50,416 nucleotides of DNA from positions 1 through 50,416 of the forward strand of contig JBHICG010000018.1 of the NCBI GenBank assembly GCA_046759445.1, written 5' to 3'. Shown here piece by piece: positions 18,996 to 28,039 of this stretch (its first letter is position 1; every line of letters starts with the position of its first letter). Under the pieces are notes generated by a model. The model had not been told where the DNA came from. It searched no databases and saw only the letters and a list, made by a program, of their open reading frames with translations. The stretch comes from Candidatus Scalinduaceae bacterium. GTDB taxonomy: Bacteria > Planctomycetota > Brocadiia > Brocadiales > Scalinduaceae. A program made the translations under genes and the position numbers.

Positions 18996-19538
18996 TTAAC
19001 TTGTCGGCTCTTCCCTTATGTTCAGCACCTTCACGTCGAAGTAAAGGGTTTTGCCAGCCAGAGGATGGTTAAAGTCTAACACAACCGTATTTTCCTTAAT
19101 TTCTACTACCAGGGCGTGGACAACACGACCACTGGCATCTTGACCTTGGATTTGTACGCCTATTTTTAAGGCGTCTTGAGGAATCTGTTCTTTGTTAACT
19201 TCAGAAATAGCCTCCTGGTTGACATTTCCATAGCCTTCTTCAGGCTTGACCGTAACCTGCTTACTATCGCCAACTTTCATTCCCTCAAGTGCCTTCTGCA
19301 AACCTGGAATGATTTGATTAGATCCATGAACGTAGCTAAAAGCTTTTGACCCTACGTTGGTGTCAATAACCGCATTATCTTCCAACTTGAGTGTATATTC
19401 AATAGAAACTTCCTTTCCTGATGAAACTGTTAACTCTTTTTCTTCTTTCTGAGATTCGGCCTGGACGGTCATTGAACTAATAAAAGCATAAAGGAAGGTG
19501 CAAGCAACGAGCCACCTCTTGATTCCATATGATTGCAT
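18996..19538 (-). CDS. FKBP-type peptidyl-prolyl isomerase, SlyD/SlpA type, with N-terminal signal peptide
   Basis: VSIEYTL, IIPGL, PEEGYG, LDFNHPLAGKTLYFDV; signal-like N-terminus ending VQA; no His-rich tail. Confidence 0.9.
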   Translation of the reverse strand: MQSYGIKRWLVACTFLYAFISSMTVQAESQKEEKELTVSSGKEVSIEYTLKLEDNAVIDTNVGSKAFSYVHGSNQIIPGLQKALEGMKVGDSKQVTVKPEEGYGNVNQEAISEVNKEQIPQDALKIGVQIQGQDASGRVVHALVVEIKENTVVLDFNHPLAGKTLYFDVKVLNIREEPTS

Positions 19539-19742
19539 TGGATTATATCCTCCTGTGAAAAGTAGTGATTGAAATAGGCTGGAAGGGCTCGCAGCGCAAA
19601 AAACTAAAAGGTATGCGTGCAGTTCCAGTGTTATTAAGAAAAGTTATAGAAAACATTATATTTCTATATAGTAAAAAAGCAAGAAACAATCTAACAGAAT
19701 TGTAGAAAATTAAGCCTCCTTTTAATATGCTTAAATGTTTCA

Positions 19743-20552
19743 TTAAATACTATGTTCTAATAAGATTTTTTCGATTATTTGACGGATAGCATGGTCTGTG
19801 TTTGCCGTAATCTGACGATTTACGGTAATTGCTGGATAGACCTTAATGCCGCGCTCTTTAGCATGTTGTTGGTCTTTAACTATCTGTGCTTCAACGTCTA
19901 TCTGGTCGAGATATGTCCGAGTTTGTTTCGGATCCTGTCCGTACTTGGCAGCAAGTTGAAGGAGCGTGTCCCGATCCCATAGACCCTGATGATTGATCAA
20001 GGCCTCCTGAATTACACTGAATTTTCCATTCAAACGCGCACATTCGGCAACTTTAATAGCACGGCGAGCTTCCACCGTCTATCCTGGAGTTCTTAAAACA
20101 ATCCTTTCCTGATGGAGATCTTTTGAAACTATTTTAACAAGTTTCCAAACGTTTGATATATTTTTGTTTGTGTAGTCTGCAAAGACATCGATGATAACTG
20201 GACTATTAAGGTCCAAAATAATTTCATGAGGCTTACGCCCGGCTTTAAGGCTTTCCAGGACATAAGTTATCTCGGCCTTGCCGACACTGCATCCAAAACA
20301 AGCAGGAGATTTAGAACTGCCTGGTAGATATCTACCACATTGGCATGGACAACGGCGATTATCGAGAATTTTATTGGCCGTTACGGTGATTTCTTTTAGA
20401 TCGGTCTTGGTTGTTTCAGTGTTTGATTTTTGAGAGACGGATTCAGAAACCAGAAGCACCCCAAGTATAAAGACTATGGTTGTCAAAAACAAAAACAAGT
20501 ATAATGAATAATTAACAAATAATCCCATGAAGTTGTGAAAATAGATCTTCAT
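19743..20552 (-). pseudogene. membrane-anchored CcmH-like / DsbA(thioredoxin)-fold protein interrupted by one in-frame TAG
   Basis: ORFs 20079-20552 and 19743-20075 are in the same frame: LRTPG*TVEARRAIKVAECA; joined length 269 codons. Confidence 0.7.
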
Positions 20553-20991
20553 ATTAAACCTTCATACGCTAGGTGTTACCATGAAAGATGAAAATTTATT
20601 TCTTATGATTCCCTGTTTGCTAGATTAGCGGGCAGAAATCACTGGAATGATAAATTTGCCTTAATGAATAATTAGTGGCAATTCCGCAACAACGGAAGTT
20701 CCGTCCGAAAGATGGACGCTTGGATGATTACGCCTGTTCTTCGAACACGTGATTAGAATCACACCACAATCCCAGCCTAAAGGGCTGGCCAGATCGGGAA
20801 TCTATTTTCGAATTAAAATTAAAGATATCATAATATTTGCAATATTTTACGTAAATTAGGATATATAATCAAGAAAGTAGTATAAGGAAGATTGCTAAAA
20901 GTAAAATAAAATGAATCTTGACATAGACTGGACGTATGCAATATTTTAGCAATTTAATATAATAGCTAAATATCTTCTAGGAAAGGAAAAG

Positions 20992-21723
20992 ATGCGTAAG
21001 ATAAAGGCCGTTATATTCGATTTAGGAAATACACTGTTTAAGTTGGGTAGGGAAGAGGATTGGGATTGGGTAAGAATTCACAGAGAGGCTATGGAAAGGG
21101 TTGGTTATAATGTAGATACACGTCAGCTTCAACAGGTTATTTTAAATATACCTAAAGAGTTAATGTCTAAGCGAGGAGTACTCTATGGTGAAATATATCA
21201 TTTTCATAGAGAAATATTAAGATACATCCTCGATAGAATGGGATACAAAGATATATCGGATGATAGACTTCATGATGTAACAATGAGTGCCAGAAAGGTA
21301 CTAATAGAAGTGCAGTCTTTGAATGATGATGCCTTGCCCTGTCTCAAAAGATTAAGTGCATGGGGTTTGAGACTCGGTGTAATCTCTAATGCAGAAGGAT
21401 TAACGGCAATCGATTGTGAAAGACTGGGCCTTGCACGATATCTAGAATTTGTAATTGATTCTGCGCATGTTGGTGTACGAAAGCCTGATGCAATGATATT
21501 CCAAATAGCCATAAGCGCATTGCATCGTAATTTTGAAAATCCTTTGCAACCAAGTGATATTGTGTATGTGGGAAATGAATTAGAGTCAGATGCCCTGGCA
21601 GCAAAGAATGCCGGGATGATTGGAGTCTGGCTCAATCGTGATAATAAAAAGGTTGACCCACGGGTACCAACTATCCACTCGCTTAATGATTTAGATAAAC
21701 TGATATTTAAATTAGAGTTTTAA
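20992..21723 (+). CDS. HAD superfamily hydrolase
   Basis: IFDLGNTL, ISN, RKPD, YVGN-x-x-x-SD, AGM motifs. Confidence 0.9.
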   Translation: MRKIKAVIFDLGNTLFKLGREEDWDWVRIHREAMERVGYNVDTRQLQQVILNIPKELMSKRGVLYGEIYHFHREILRYILDRMGYKDISDDRLHDVTMSARKVLIEVQSLNDDALPCLKRLSAWGLRLGVISNAEGLTAIDCERLGLARYLEFVIDSAHVGVRKPDAMIFQIAISALHRNFENPLQPSDIVYVGNELESDALAAKNAGMIGVWLNRDNKKVDPRVPTIHSLNDLDKLIFKLEF

Positions 21724-21841
21724 TTCTAAAATAGAATTTAATCCTTCGCAGTTTAGTCATTGAACACCACTGTACACGCACATATCTAAATATTTCATTC
21801 CATAATAAATTAGTGACTTAAAGGAGCTAATTTAAAAAGGA

Positions 21842-21901
21842 TTGACTTTAAATGTTTGTTCTTATATCATTCAGAATTGCAATTGAGACTAATTCTCAAT
21901 T
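21842..21901 (+). promoter_or_regulatory. sigma70 promoter plus Fur-like box upstream of feoB
   Basis: TTGACT-17bp-TATCAT (21842-21870); palindrome AATTGAGACTAATTCTCAATT (21881-21901). Confidence 0.75.
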
Positions 21902-22009
21902 TCAGTACCCTACGTTATTTAGTTACGGCTGTGTAAGTGTTATGGTTGATGTACTGCACTCATTTTATCTCAATATGTTATAGAAATTCAAAGACTTGAG
22001 GCTAAAGGT

Positions 22010-24298
22010 ATGCAAGAAATGATAGAAAAAGGACTTGGTTCTAAAGAGAGCGAGTTCCGTATAGCACTGGTTGGCAATCCAAATGTGGGAAAAAGTGTAA
22101 TGTTTGGATTGCTAACGGGAAAATACGTAACCGTTTCGAACTACCCAGGTACAACGGTAGAGGTTTCAAGGGGAAAGTATGTAGGTTCAAACGGGACTAT
22201 AGAGATTATTGATACACCAGGTGCGAATAGTTTAATTTCGCTCTCAGAGGATGAAAGGGTTGCGCGGGACATACTCCTAAAAAAAGAAGAAAAAAAGATT
22301 ATTCAGATAATAGATTCCAAAAACATACGAAGGGGAATGCTGATTACGACTCAAATAGCTGAGATGGGTCTTCCCGTGACAATAGCATTAAATATGTGGG
22401 ATGAAATTCTGGATAGAGGTATGTCTATAGATACTGACAGATTACAGCAAATATTGGGAGTGCCTATAACAAAAACAATTGCAACCCAAAAATACGGAAT
22501 TAACACGTTAAGAAGTTCAATAGAATCAGTAAAAATACCAAAGATAAAGATGAGATATGGAAACATTATTGAGGAAGGTATTAAAAAAATTGAGGAATTA
22601 TTGCCAGACAACCTGGTTATAAAGAAAAGGGCGATAGCCATAATGTTACTGTCTTATGATTATGCGTTAGAGGATAACCTTAAGCTTGATGTTGAGGCGC
22701 TTAAAAGCATTCACGGTATAAGAGCTGAAATTCAGAAAAGTTACAGTAATCCATTAAGTTATGTGATAAGCAGGAGGCGTAATGATTTTGTTGATGATTT
22801 ATTAAAGGGGATAGTAACTTATAAAGTGGAAAAGATAGATGTGGGTGTGGTGTTAAGAAATATTTTCTTCTTTTTACTTGTGCCTTTATTTTCGTTCTTT
22901 ATCGGCTTCAAGATTATGGACTTATTATTATTTGCAATAGCAAGGTATGTGGCAGCCAGTGAACAGATGATGTTAATATTGAAGGTAGTAGGGGGTATAA
23001 CCTCTCTTGGTTTTTTTTCTTTTTATTTGTTTTCTAGAGAATATAAAACAAATCGGAAGATATCAGATATTCTGGGTAGTTTAACCATGCATCCTGTTTT
23101 GGCCTGGCCGATTTTATTATTAGTATTGTGGTGTATATATAAGGTTGTTGGTGAATTTGGTGCGGGTGACTGTGTTGATTTTATAGAGAATAAGATTTTT
23201 GGTTCATCTCTGGAAAGGTCTGATGGATTTGATTTTAAGCTATTTGTACCTTTTACGAGGATTGAATATATTTTTACGCACGTTAATTTTCAAGGAATTA
23301 ATTACTACCTTGGTCTGCTAAGTCAAAAATTTATGAGTACTGATAATTTTCTCTTTGAACTGTTTTTAGGTAAGGATGCAGGCATAATTCAGGTTGGTAT
23401 AACATATTCCATAGCTATAGTATTACCTATTGTAAGCTTTTTTTTCCTCGGTTTTGGAATTATGGAAGACAGCGGATATCTACCAAGACTTGCCGTAATG
23501 GTTAACAGGATATTTAAGTTGATTGGCTTGAATGGTAAAGCCGCCTTGCCAATGGTGTTGGGATTGGGTTGTGACACAATGGCTACTTTAACCACACGAA
23601 TCCTTGATACTAAAAAGGAAAGGATAATATCTACCTTGTTACTCGCCCTTGCCGTACCCTGTTCAGCACAGTTAGGGGTTATTGCCGGAATCCTGGGCAA
23701 TATATCTGGAGTGCATTTTTCAATTTATGTTTTTGTAATATTTTCTCAGATGCTACTGGTTGGTTATCTTTCATCAAAAATTCTTCGAGGAACAAGTTCA
23801 GACTTCATGATGGAAATACCACCGTTTAGAATGCCAAAAATATTAAACATTTTATTAAAGACGTATTACAGGACTAAATGGTTTCTGAAGGAAGCGGTCC
23901 CTTTATTTGTATTAGGAACATTTATATTGTTTGTGCTCATAAAATTGGGTATTTTAGTATACATTGAAAATGCAGCTAAACCTGTAGTTCAGTTTTTTCT
24001 GGGTTTACCGGTTGAGACTACAAAAGGATTTATTCTGGGCTTTTTGCGCAGAGATTATGCTGTTGTGAGTATATTCAAAGCCCTTGAAGAAAATGCCGGT
24101 AGCCTTGTAATCGACCCTGATCAGCTTGTAGTTGCACTTGTTGTTATTACGCTATTTGTGCCGTGTCTTGCAAACTTCTTTGTTATGATTAAGGAAAGAG
24201 GTGTAAAGACGGCGTTTCTTATGCTCGCCTTTATATTGCCTTTCTCCTTCCTTGTGGGTGGGGTATTAAGATATATATTGCAGCTGATATCAATCTAA
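22010..24298 (+). CDS. feoB: ferrous iron transporter FeoB
   Basis: G1 GNPNVGKS, NYPGTTVE, DTPG, NMWD; EDSGYLPR, GLGC, VPCSA, PCLA membrane motifs. Confidence 0.95.
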   Translation: MQEMIEKGLGSKESEFRIALVGNPNVGKSVMFGLLTGKYVTVSNYPGTTVEVSRGKYVGSNGTIEIIDTPGANSLISLSEDERVARDILLKKEEKKIIQIIDSKNIRRGMLITTQIAEMGLPVTIALNMWDEILDRGMSIDTDRLQQILGVPITKTIATQKYGINTLRSSIESVKIPKIKMRYGNIIEEGIKKIEELLPDNLVIKKRAIAIMLLSYDYALEDNLKLDVEALKSIHGIRAEIQKSYSNPLSYVISRRRNDFVDDLLKGIVTYKVEKIDVGVVLRNIFFFLLVPLFSFFIGFKIMDLLLFAIARYVAASEQMMLILKVVGGITSLGFFSFYLFSREYKTNRKISDILGSLTMHPVLAWPILLLVLWCIYKVVGEFGAGDCVDFIENKIFGSSLERSDGFDFKLFVPFTRIEYIFTHVNFQGINYYLGLLSQKFMSTDNFLFELFLGKDAGIIQVGITYSIAIVLPIVSFFFLGFGIMEDSGYLPRLAVMVNRIFKLIGLNGKAALPMVLGLGCDTMATLTTRILDTKKERIISTLLLALAVPCSAQLGVIAGILGNISGVHFSIYVFVIFSQMLLVGYLSSKILRGTSSDFMMEIPPFRMPKILNILLKTYYRTKWFLKEAVPLFVLGTFILFVLIKLGILVYIENAAKPVVQFFLGLPVETTKGFILGFLRRDYAVVSIFKALEENAGSLVIDPDQLVVALVVITLFVPCLANFFVMIKERGVKTAFLMLAFILPFSFLVGGVLRYILQLISI

Positions 24299-24411
24299 AA
24301 TAGTTATAAGGCAGCTAAAAAATATTTTTTATAAATTGTATAATCAATTATAAAATGTTGATAGTGGTTGTGTGACGAAAAATACCATACATTATGAGGA
24401 GATAATATTAT

Positions 24412-25074
24412 ATGTCAGATGAGAACCAAATCGAAGAGTTGTTGGAACACATATGGATGGTTGAAGAAGAACATGGCAAGATCGAAAGAAGATATTTGAA
24501 TGATAAGTATGGCAATGAACTTACAGATAAGTATCTAAATACAATGGTAGAAGAAAAATTAATTAATCTTCATAATTTGAAAATTGTTTTGACAGAGGCA
24601 GGGAGAAATCGAGCAAAACGAATTATAAGAAGTCACCGCATAGCTGAAAGATTATTAAATGACGTACTTGAGATTAGTAGTGATGAATTTGAAAGAGGAG
24701 CATGTCAATTTGAACACTTTGTAAATGAAGAAGTTATTGCGAGTATTTGCACATTGTTGGGACATCCAGTAGTATGCCCACACGGAAAAAAGATACCGCC
24801 AGGCGATTGCTGTTTAAGTGCAAAAAAGGCTTTAAGGCCCGTAGTTAGCCCATTATCGGAACTGAAATCTGGTGAGAGGGCAAAGGTGGCTTATATCACA
24901 ACAAGGTCACACACAAGTTTAGACAGACTTTCAGCAATTGGAGTAATTCCTGGACTTGAACTTACAATTCATCAAATATATCCTAGCATTGTTATACAGT
25001 TTGGAGAGACACAGTTGGCTTTGGACAAAGACATTGCCAGGAACGTATATGTTCGTATAATTAGCCGCCGATAA
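24412..25074 (+). CDS. DtxR/MntR-family metal-dependent regulator with C-terminal FeoA domain
   Basis: LTEAG, HRIAERLL, ACQFEH, CPHG-x-x-IP; FeoA-like RLSAIGVIPG. Confidence 0.88.
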   Translation: MSDENQIEELLEHIWMVEEEHGKIERRYLNDKYGNELTDKYLNTMVEEKLINLHNLKIVLTEAGRNRAKRIIRSHRIAERLLNDVLEISSDEFERGACQFEHFVNEEVIASICTLLGHPVVCPHGKKIPPGDCCLSAKKALRPVVSPLSELKSGERAKVAYITTRSHTSLDRLSAIGVIPGLELTIHQIYPSIVIQFGETQLALDKDIARNVYVRIISRR

Positions 25075-25289
25075 GTTTTATGATCATAGATTCCACATTA
25101 TTTGGACTTACATTTTATCTTGACATCAAAATCTAGCTGTGTTATTTGTAAACATAAGTACTGAAAATCATTGGTAACACACCACAAATATCACTAAGAA
25201 AAACATAAAAAATACTTTAAAAATCAACGACAGCATTTTTGGAAACAGTAAACTCAAGAGAAATAACTATTCTAGTTACACACACTAAT

Positions 25290-25439
25290 ACCTAAATTGA
25301 GCGATTTTGTAGCCGCAACCTTGAAATTGCGCAACTTACGTGGAGCCATCAAATGATGAGAAACGCAGGCGGTCAATCTTAAGATTGCCTTAAGCCAGCG
25401 GCTACAATATCATATAATATAAAATCGCTCAATTTAGGT
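25290..25439 (+). mobile_element. MITE-like TIR/REP element, copy 3
   Basis: Perfect 19 bp TIR; reads TA-CCT...AGG-TA at the two ends. Confidence 0.9.
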
Positions 25440-25472
25440 AATAAAAAAACAAGCAATTAAAAAGGTTTTAAA

Positions 25473-26450
25473 ATGAGAACATTAGTATCTGCAGTATTCA
25501 TAGCAAGCTTATTATGTTTTTCTATATCTCAAGAATATTTGAATATGACAACATGTGCTTATGGTGGTGAAAGTGGTATAGAGGATAAAATTTTTGTTAT
25601 AAACAAATCTTACTTATTAGCTAAAAAAGAAGAGGGGAAAAAAGATTTTATTTATGAGCAGGATATCATAATTATAACTGATGAGCAAAAAAGTCGACTA
25701 GATGATAATATGTCTCGAAAAGAGGTTGCTGGCAAGAAGAAGACATCACATTCTCTTGACTTAGCTTTTGAATATATTAAGAAAGACAAAAAATACGAAG
25801 CTAGAAATATCTTGTCAGACATCTATTTTAACGAAACCGATAATAAAATAAGAAACAAAATAAAGACAGAACTTGATAGGCTCAATGCAGAACTCGTCTT
25901 CTCTACGGCACCGAGTCCGGACTCAATCATTTATTTTGTGAAACCAGGTGAAACACTGATTAAAATAGCTTCAAAATTTGATACTACTTATAAGTCTATA
26001 ATGCGAATAAATAGAAAAAGCCGTTCAACAATTAAGGTGGGAGAAAGGCTAAAGATTTTAAATGGAAAGATATCACTTTTGGTTGATAAAAGTGATTTTA
26101 ATTTGACTGTGTTGCTTAACGGTCACTTTATCAAACAATATCCAGTAGGTATTGGTATGTATGATAAAACTCCTGAGGATGTATTTATTGTTAAAAATAA
26201 ATTAGAAAATCCCGTGTGGTATTCTCCTGAAGGAGTGTATCAACCTGGTGATCCCAGAAACCTTTTAGGTCCTCGATGGATAGGATTTGAAGAAAAGGAA
26301 GATCTGTACGGTTATGGTATTCATGGCACTACGGAACCTGAAACAATTGGTAAGGCTATGTCTAATGGATGTATACGCTTAAATAATGAGGATGTTGAGG
26401 AACTATATGACTTTGTAAAAGTGAAAACAAAGGTAATCATACAAAAATAA
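25473..26450 (+). CDS. LysM-containing L,D-transpeptidase (YkuD family), exported
   Basis: LysM YFVKPGETLIKIA; catalytic HGT...SNGCIRL. Confidence 0.92.
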   Translation: MRTLVSAVFIASLLCFSISQEYLNMTTCAYGGESGIEDKIFVINKSYLLAKKEEGKKDFIYEQDIIIITDEQKSRLDDNMSRKEVAGKKKTSHSLDLAFEYIKKDKKYEARNILSDIYFNETDNKIRNKIKTELDRLNAELVFSTAPSPDSIIYFVKPGETLIKIASKFDTTYKSIMRINRKSRSTIKVGERLKILNGKISLLVDKSDFNLTVLLNGHFIKQYPVGIGMYDKTPEDVFIVKNKLENPVWYSPEGVYQPGDPRNLLGPRWIGFEEKEDLYGYGIHGTTEPETIGKAMSNGCIRLNNEDVEELYDFVKVKTKVIIQK

Positions 26451-26500
26451 TAAAAATAAATGCGAGGTTTCTTTTATAGTTTAGAGAGAAAGGGTTTGCT

Positions 26501-27130
26501 ATATATAGGTATGAGAATATAGATAAATATTTGAATGATGTATCTTCAGAAACTTCTACTCCTGGTGGAGGAAGCGTTTCAGCGTTAGTTGGGGCATTAG
26601 GAACAAGCATGGCTTCTATGTCAGCAACTTTTACATTGGGAAGAGAAGAATTTGAAGACGTTGAACCGAGAATAAAGGAAATAAGGGAAAAATGTAGGGA
26701 TAAACGAGAAGAGTTGTTAAGGTTAATGGAAGAGGATATTGGGGCATATAATGGTGTTAGCAGGGCATATGCCCTTTCAAAATCAAATGAACATGAAAAA
26801 AGGAAGCGTTCAGTAGCTATTCAAAGTGCCCTGGAGAAGGCAACAGATGTTCCACTAAGGGTCATGAGATGTTCATTAGGGCTCCTAGAACACATTAATG
26901 AATTGGTGAAAATTACGAATCCAAATCTAATCACAGATGTAGGCGTTGCAGGTTTGTTAGCTAATGCAGCTTTTAAAGGCTCTATGCTGAATGTAGAGAT
27001 TAATTTAAATCATATAAAAAACAAGAAAATTGTTAACGCAGTAAAGAAAGAGACTGAGAAGGCTTTGAAGAGCGCTGAAAGGCTATCAGATAACATTATG
27101 AAGAAAGTAAAGAAAACAATGAACAAATAA
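26501..27130 (+). CDS. cyclodeaminase/cyclohydrolase (FTCD_C family)
   Basis: TPGGGSVSALVGA, NLITDVGVA, NVEINL; frame open back to ATA at 26501 (track start is TTG 26531). Confidence 0.88.
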   Translation: MYRYENIDKYLNDVSSETSTPGGGSVSALVGALGTSMASMSATFTLGREEFEDVEPRIKEIREKCRDKREELLRLMEEDIGAYNGVSRAYALSKSNEHEKRKRSVAIQSALEKATDVPLRVMRCSLGLLEHINELVKITNPNLITDVGVAGLLANAAFKGSMLNVEINLNHIKNKKIVNAVKKETEKALKSAERLSDNIMKKVKKTMNK

Positions 27131-27226
27131 ATTGTCTTGTCCCCACTGTCTAAACGAAACCAGATAGATGGTTGGCATTTAATAATAGATTTTCTTCTTA
27201 AAGAAATTAGGAAAAAGAGTTTAGAG

Positions 27227-27721
27227 ATGGAATGGTACATAAATAAGGGTTCAAAAAGTTGCTTTAATTGTGAAAGTATTTTTAAAGAAGAAGAGGATTA
27301 CTTCTCTGCAATTTACGATACGGACAATATTTTTACGAGAAAAGATTATTGCCTAGATTGCTGGAATAAAATAAAGGAGAGGGAGATATTTTCCTACTGG
27401 AGGACTAAGGTACAGAAGAAATCTGATACTGTACAAAGGTATGCGAGCACAGATGTTTTTTATGATTTATTTTTAAAATTAGAAAATGAAAGCACCCCGA
27501 CTAGTGTAAATTTTAGGTATGTATTGTCTTTGTATCTGATGAGGAAAAAAGTTTTAAAGCTAAATGCTATAAAAAAAACAAACGGAAACGAATTTCTAAT
27601 ATTTCAAAATCTTAAGGAAGGCAAGGAAACAAAAATGCTTAATCCTCAATTAGGCAAAGAAGAAATATTGGCAGTTACAGAAGAAATAGGTAAACTGGTG
27701 AATTGTACACCCCAAATGTAA
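27227..27721 (+). CDS. hypothetical protein with two CxxC motifs
   Basis: CFNC and CLDC, YLMRKK; start moved to ATG 27227. Confidence 0.7.
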   Translation: MEWYINKGSKSCFNCESIFKEEEDYFSAIYDTDNIFTRKDYCLDCWNKIKEREIFSYWRTKVQKKSDTVQRYASTDVFYDLFLKLENESTPTSVNFRYVLSLYLMRKKVLKLNAIKKTNGNEFLIFQNLKEGKETKMLNPQLGKEEILAVTEEIGKLVNCTPQM

Positions 27722-27757
27722 CTTCTTCATTTCATACTGATGTTATGGCTAGAACCG

Positions 27758-28015
27758 TTAAGCCGTCATTTGTGCCGCTTCCGTAGGTACATTGTAAGTA
27801 CACTCCTTACAATCAATCGCAATTCCCTGGTTTTTTTTCTGCTTTAATTTTAAGCGCAACTTTTCTAATGTTTTCCCAGGGGTATTGGCATTCCTTTGTA
27901 ATCTAAACAACTCACGTCTTATTTGCCTTGTTCTACGGATGCTCGGGCATTTTGACCTTACAACCCTTGAAGGGCATATGCCTACTATCTTTTTTTTATT
28001 TATTCTTTTTTCCAT
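27758..28015 (-). CDS. small basic Cys-containing hypothetical protein
   Basis: AAAGGT RBS; four Cys including CKEC; co-oriented after rnc. Confidence 0.6.
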   Translation of the reverse strand: MEKRINKKKIVGICPSRVVRSKCPSIRRTRQIRRELFRLQRNANTPGKTLEKLRLKLKQKKNQGIAIDCKECTYNVPTEAAQMTA

Positions 28016-28039
28016 GTTATTACCTTTCTTTGTTTCTTC

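Noticed and set aside
19543..19743. 66-aa ORF between the DsbA-like and SlyD-like genes
   Set aside because: It has TAATG coupling but no recognisable features; cannot be supported as a gene.
20079..20081. Selenocysteine recoding
   Set aside because: The codon is TAG, not TGA, and it does not fall at a Cys-motif position.
27137..27226. N-terminal extension of the CxxC hypothetical protein (also the track starts of mreC, mrdA, the radical SAM gene, dut and the GT4)
   Set aside because: Longest-ORF artefacts; downstream starts fit RBS position, gene boundaries and domain starts better.
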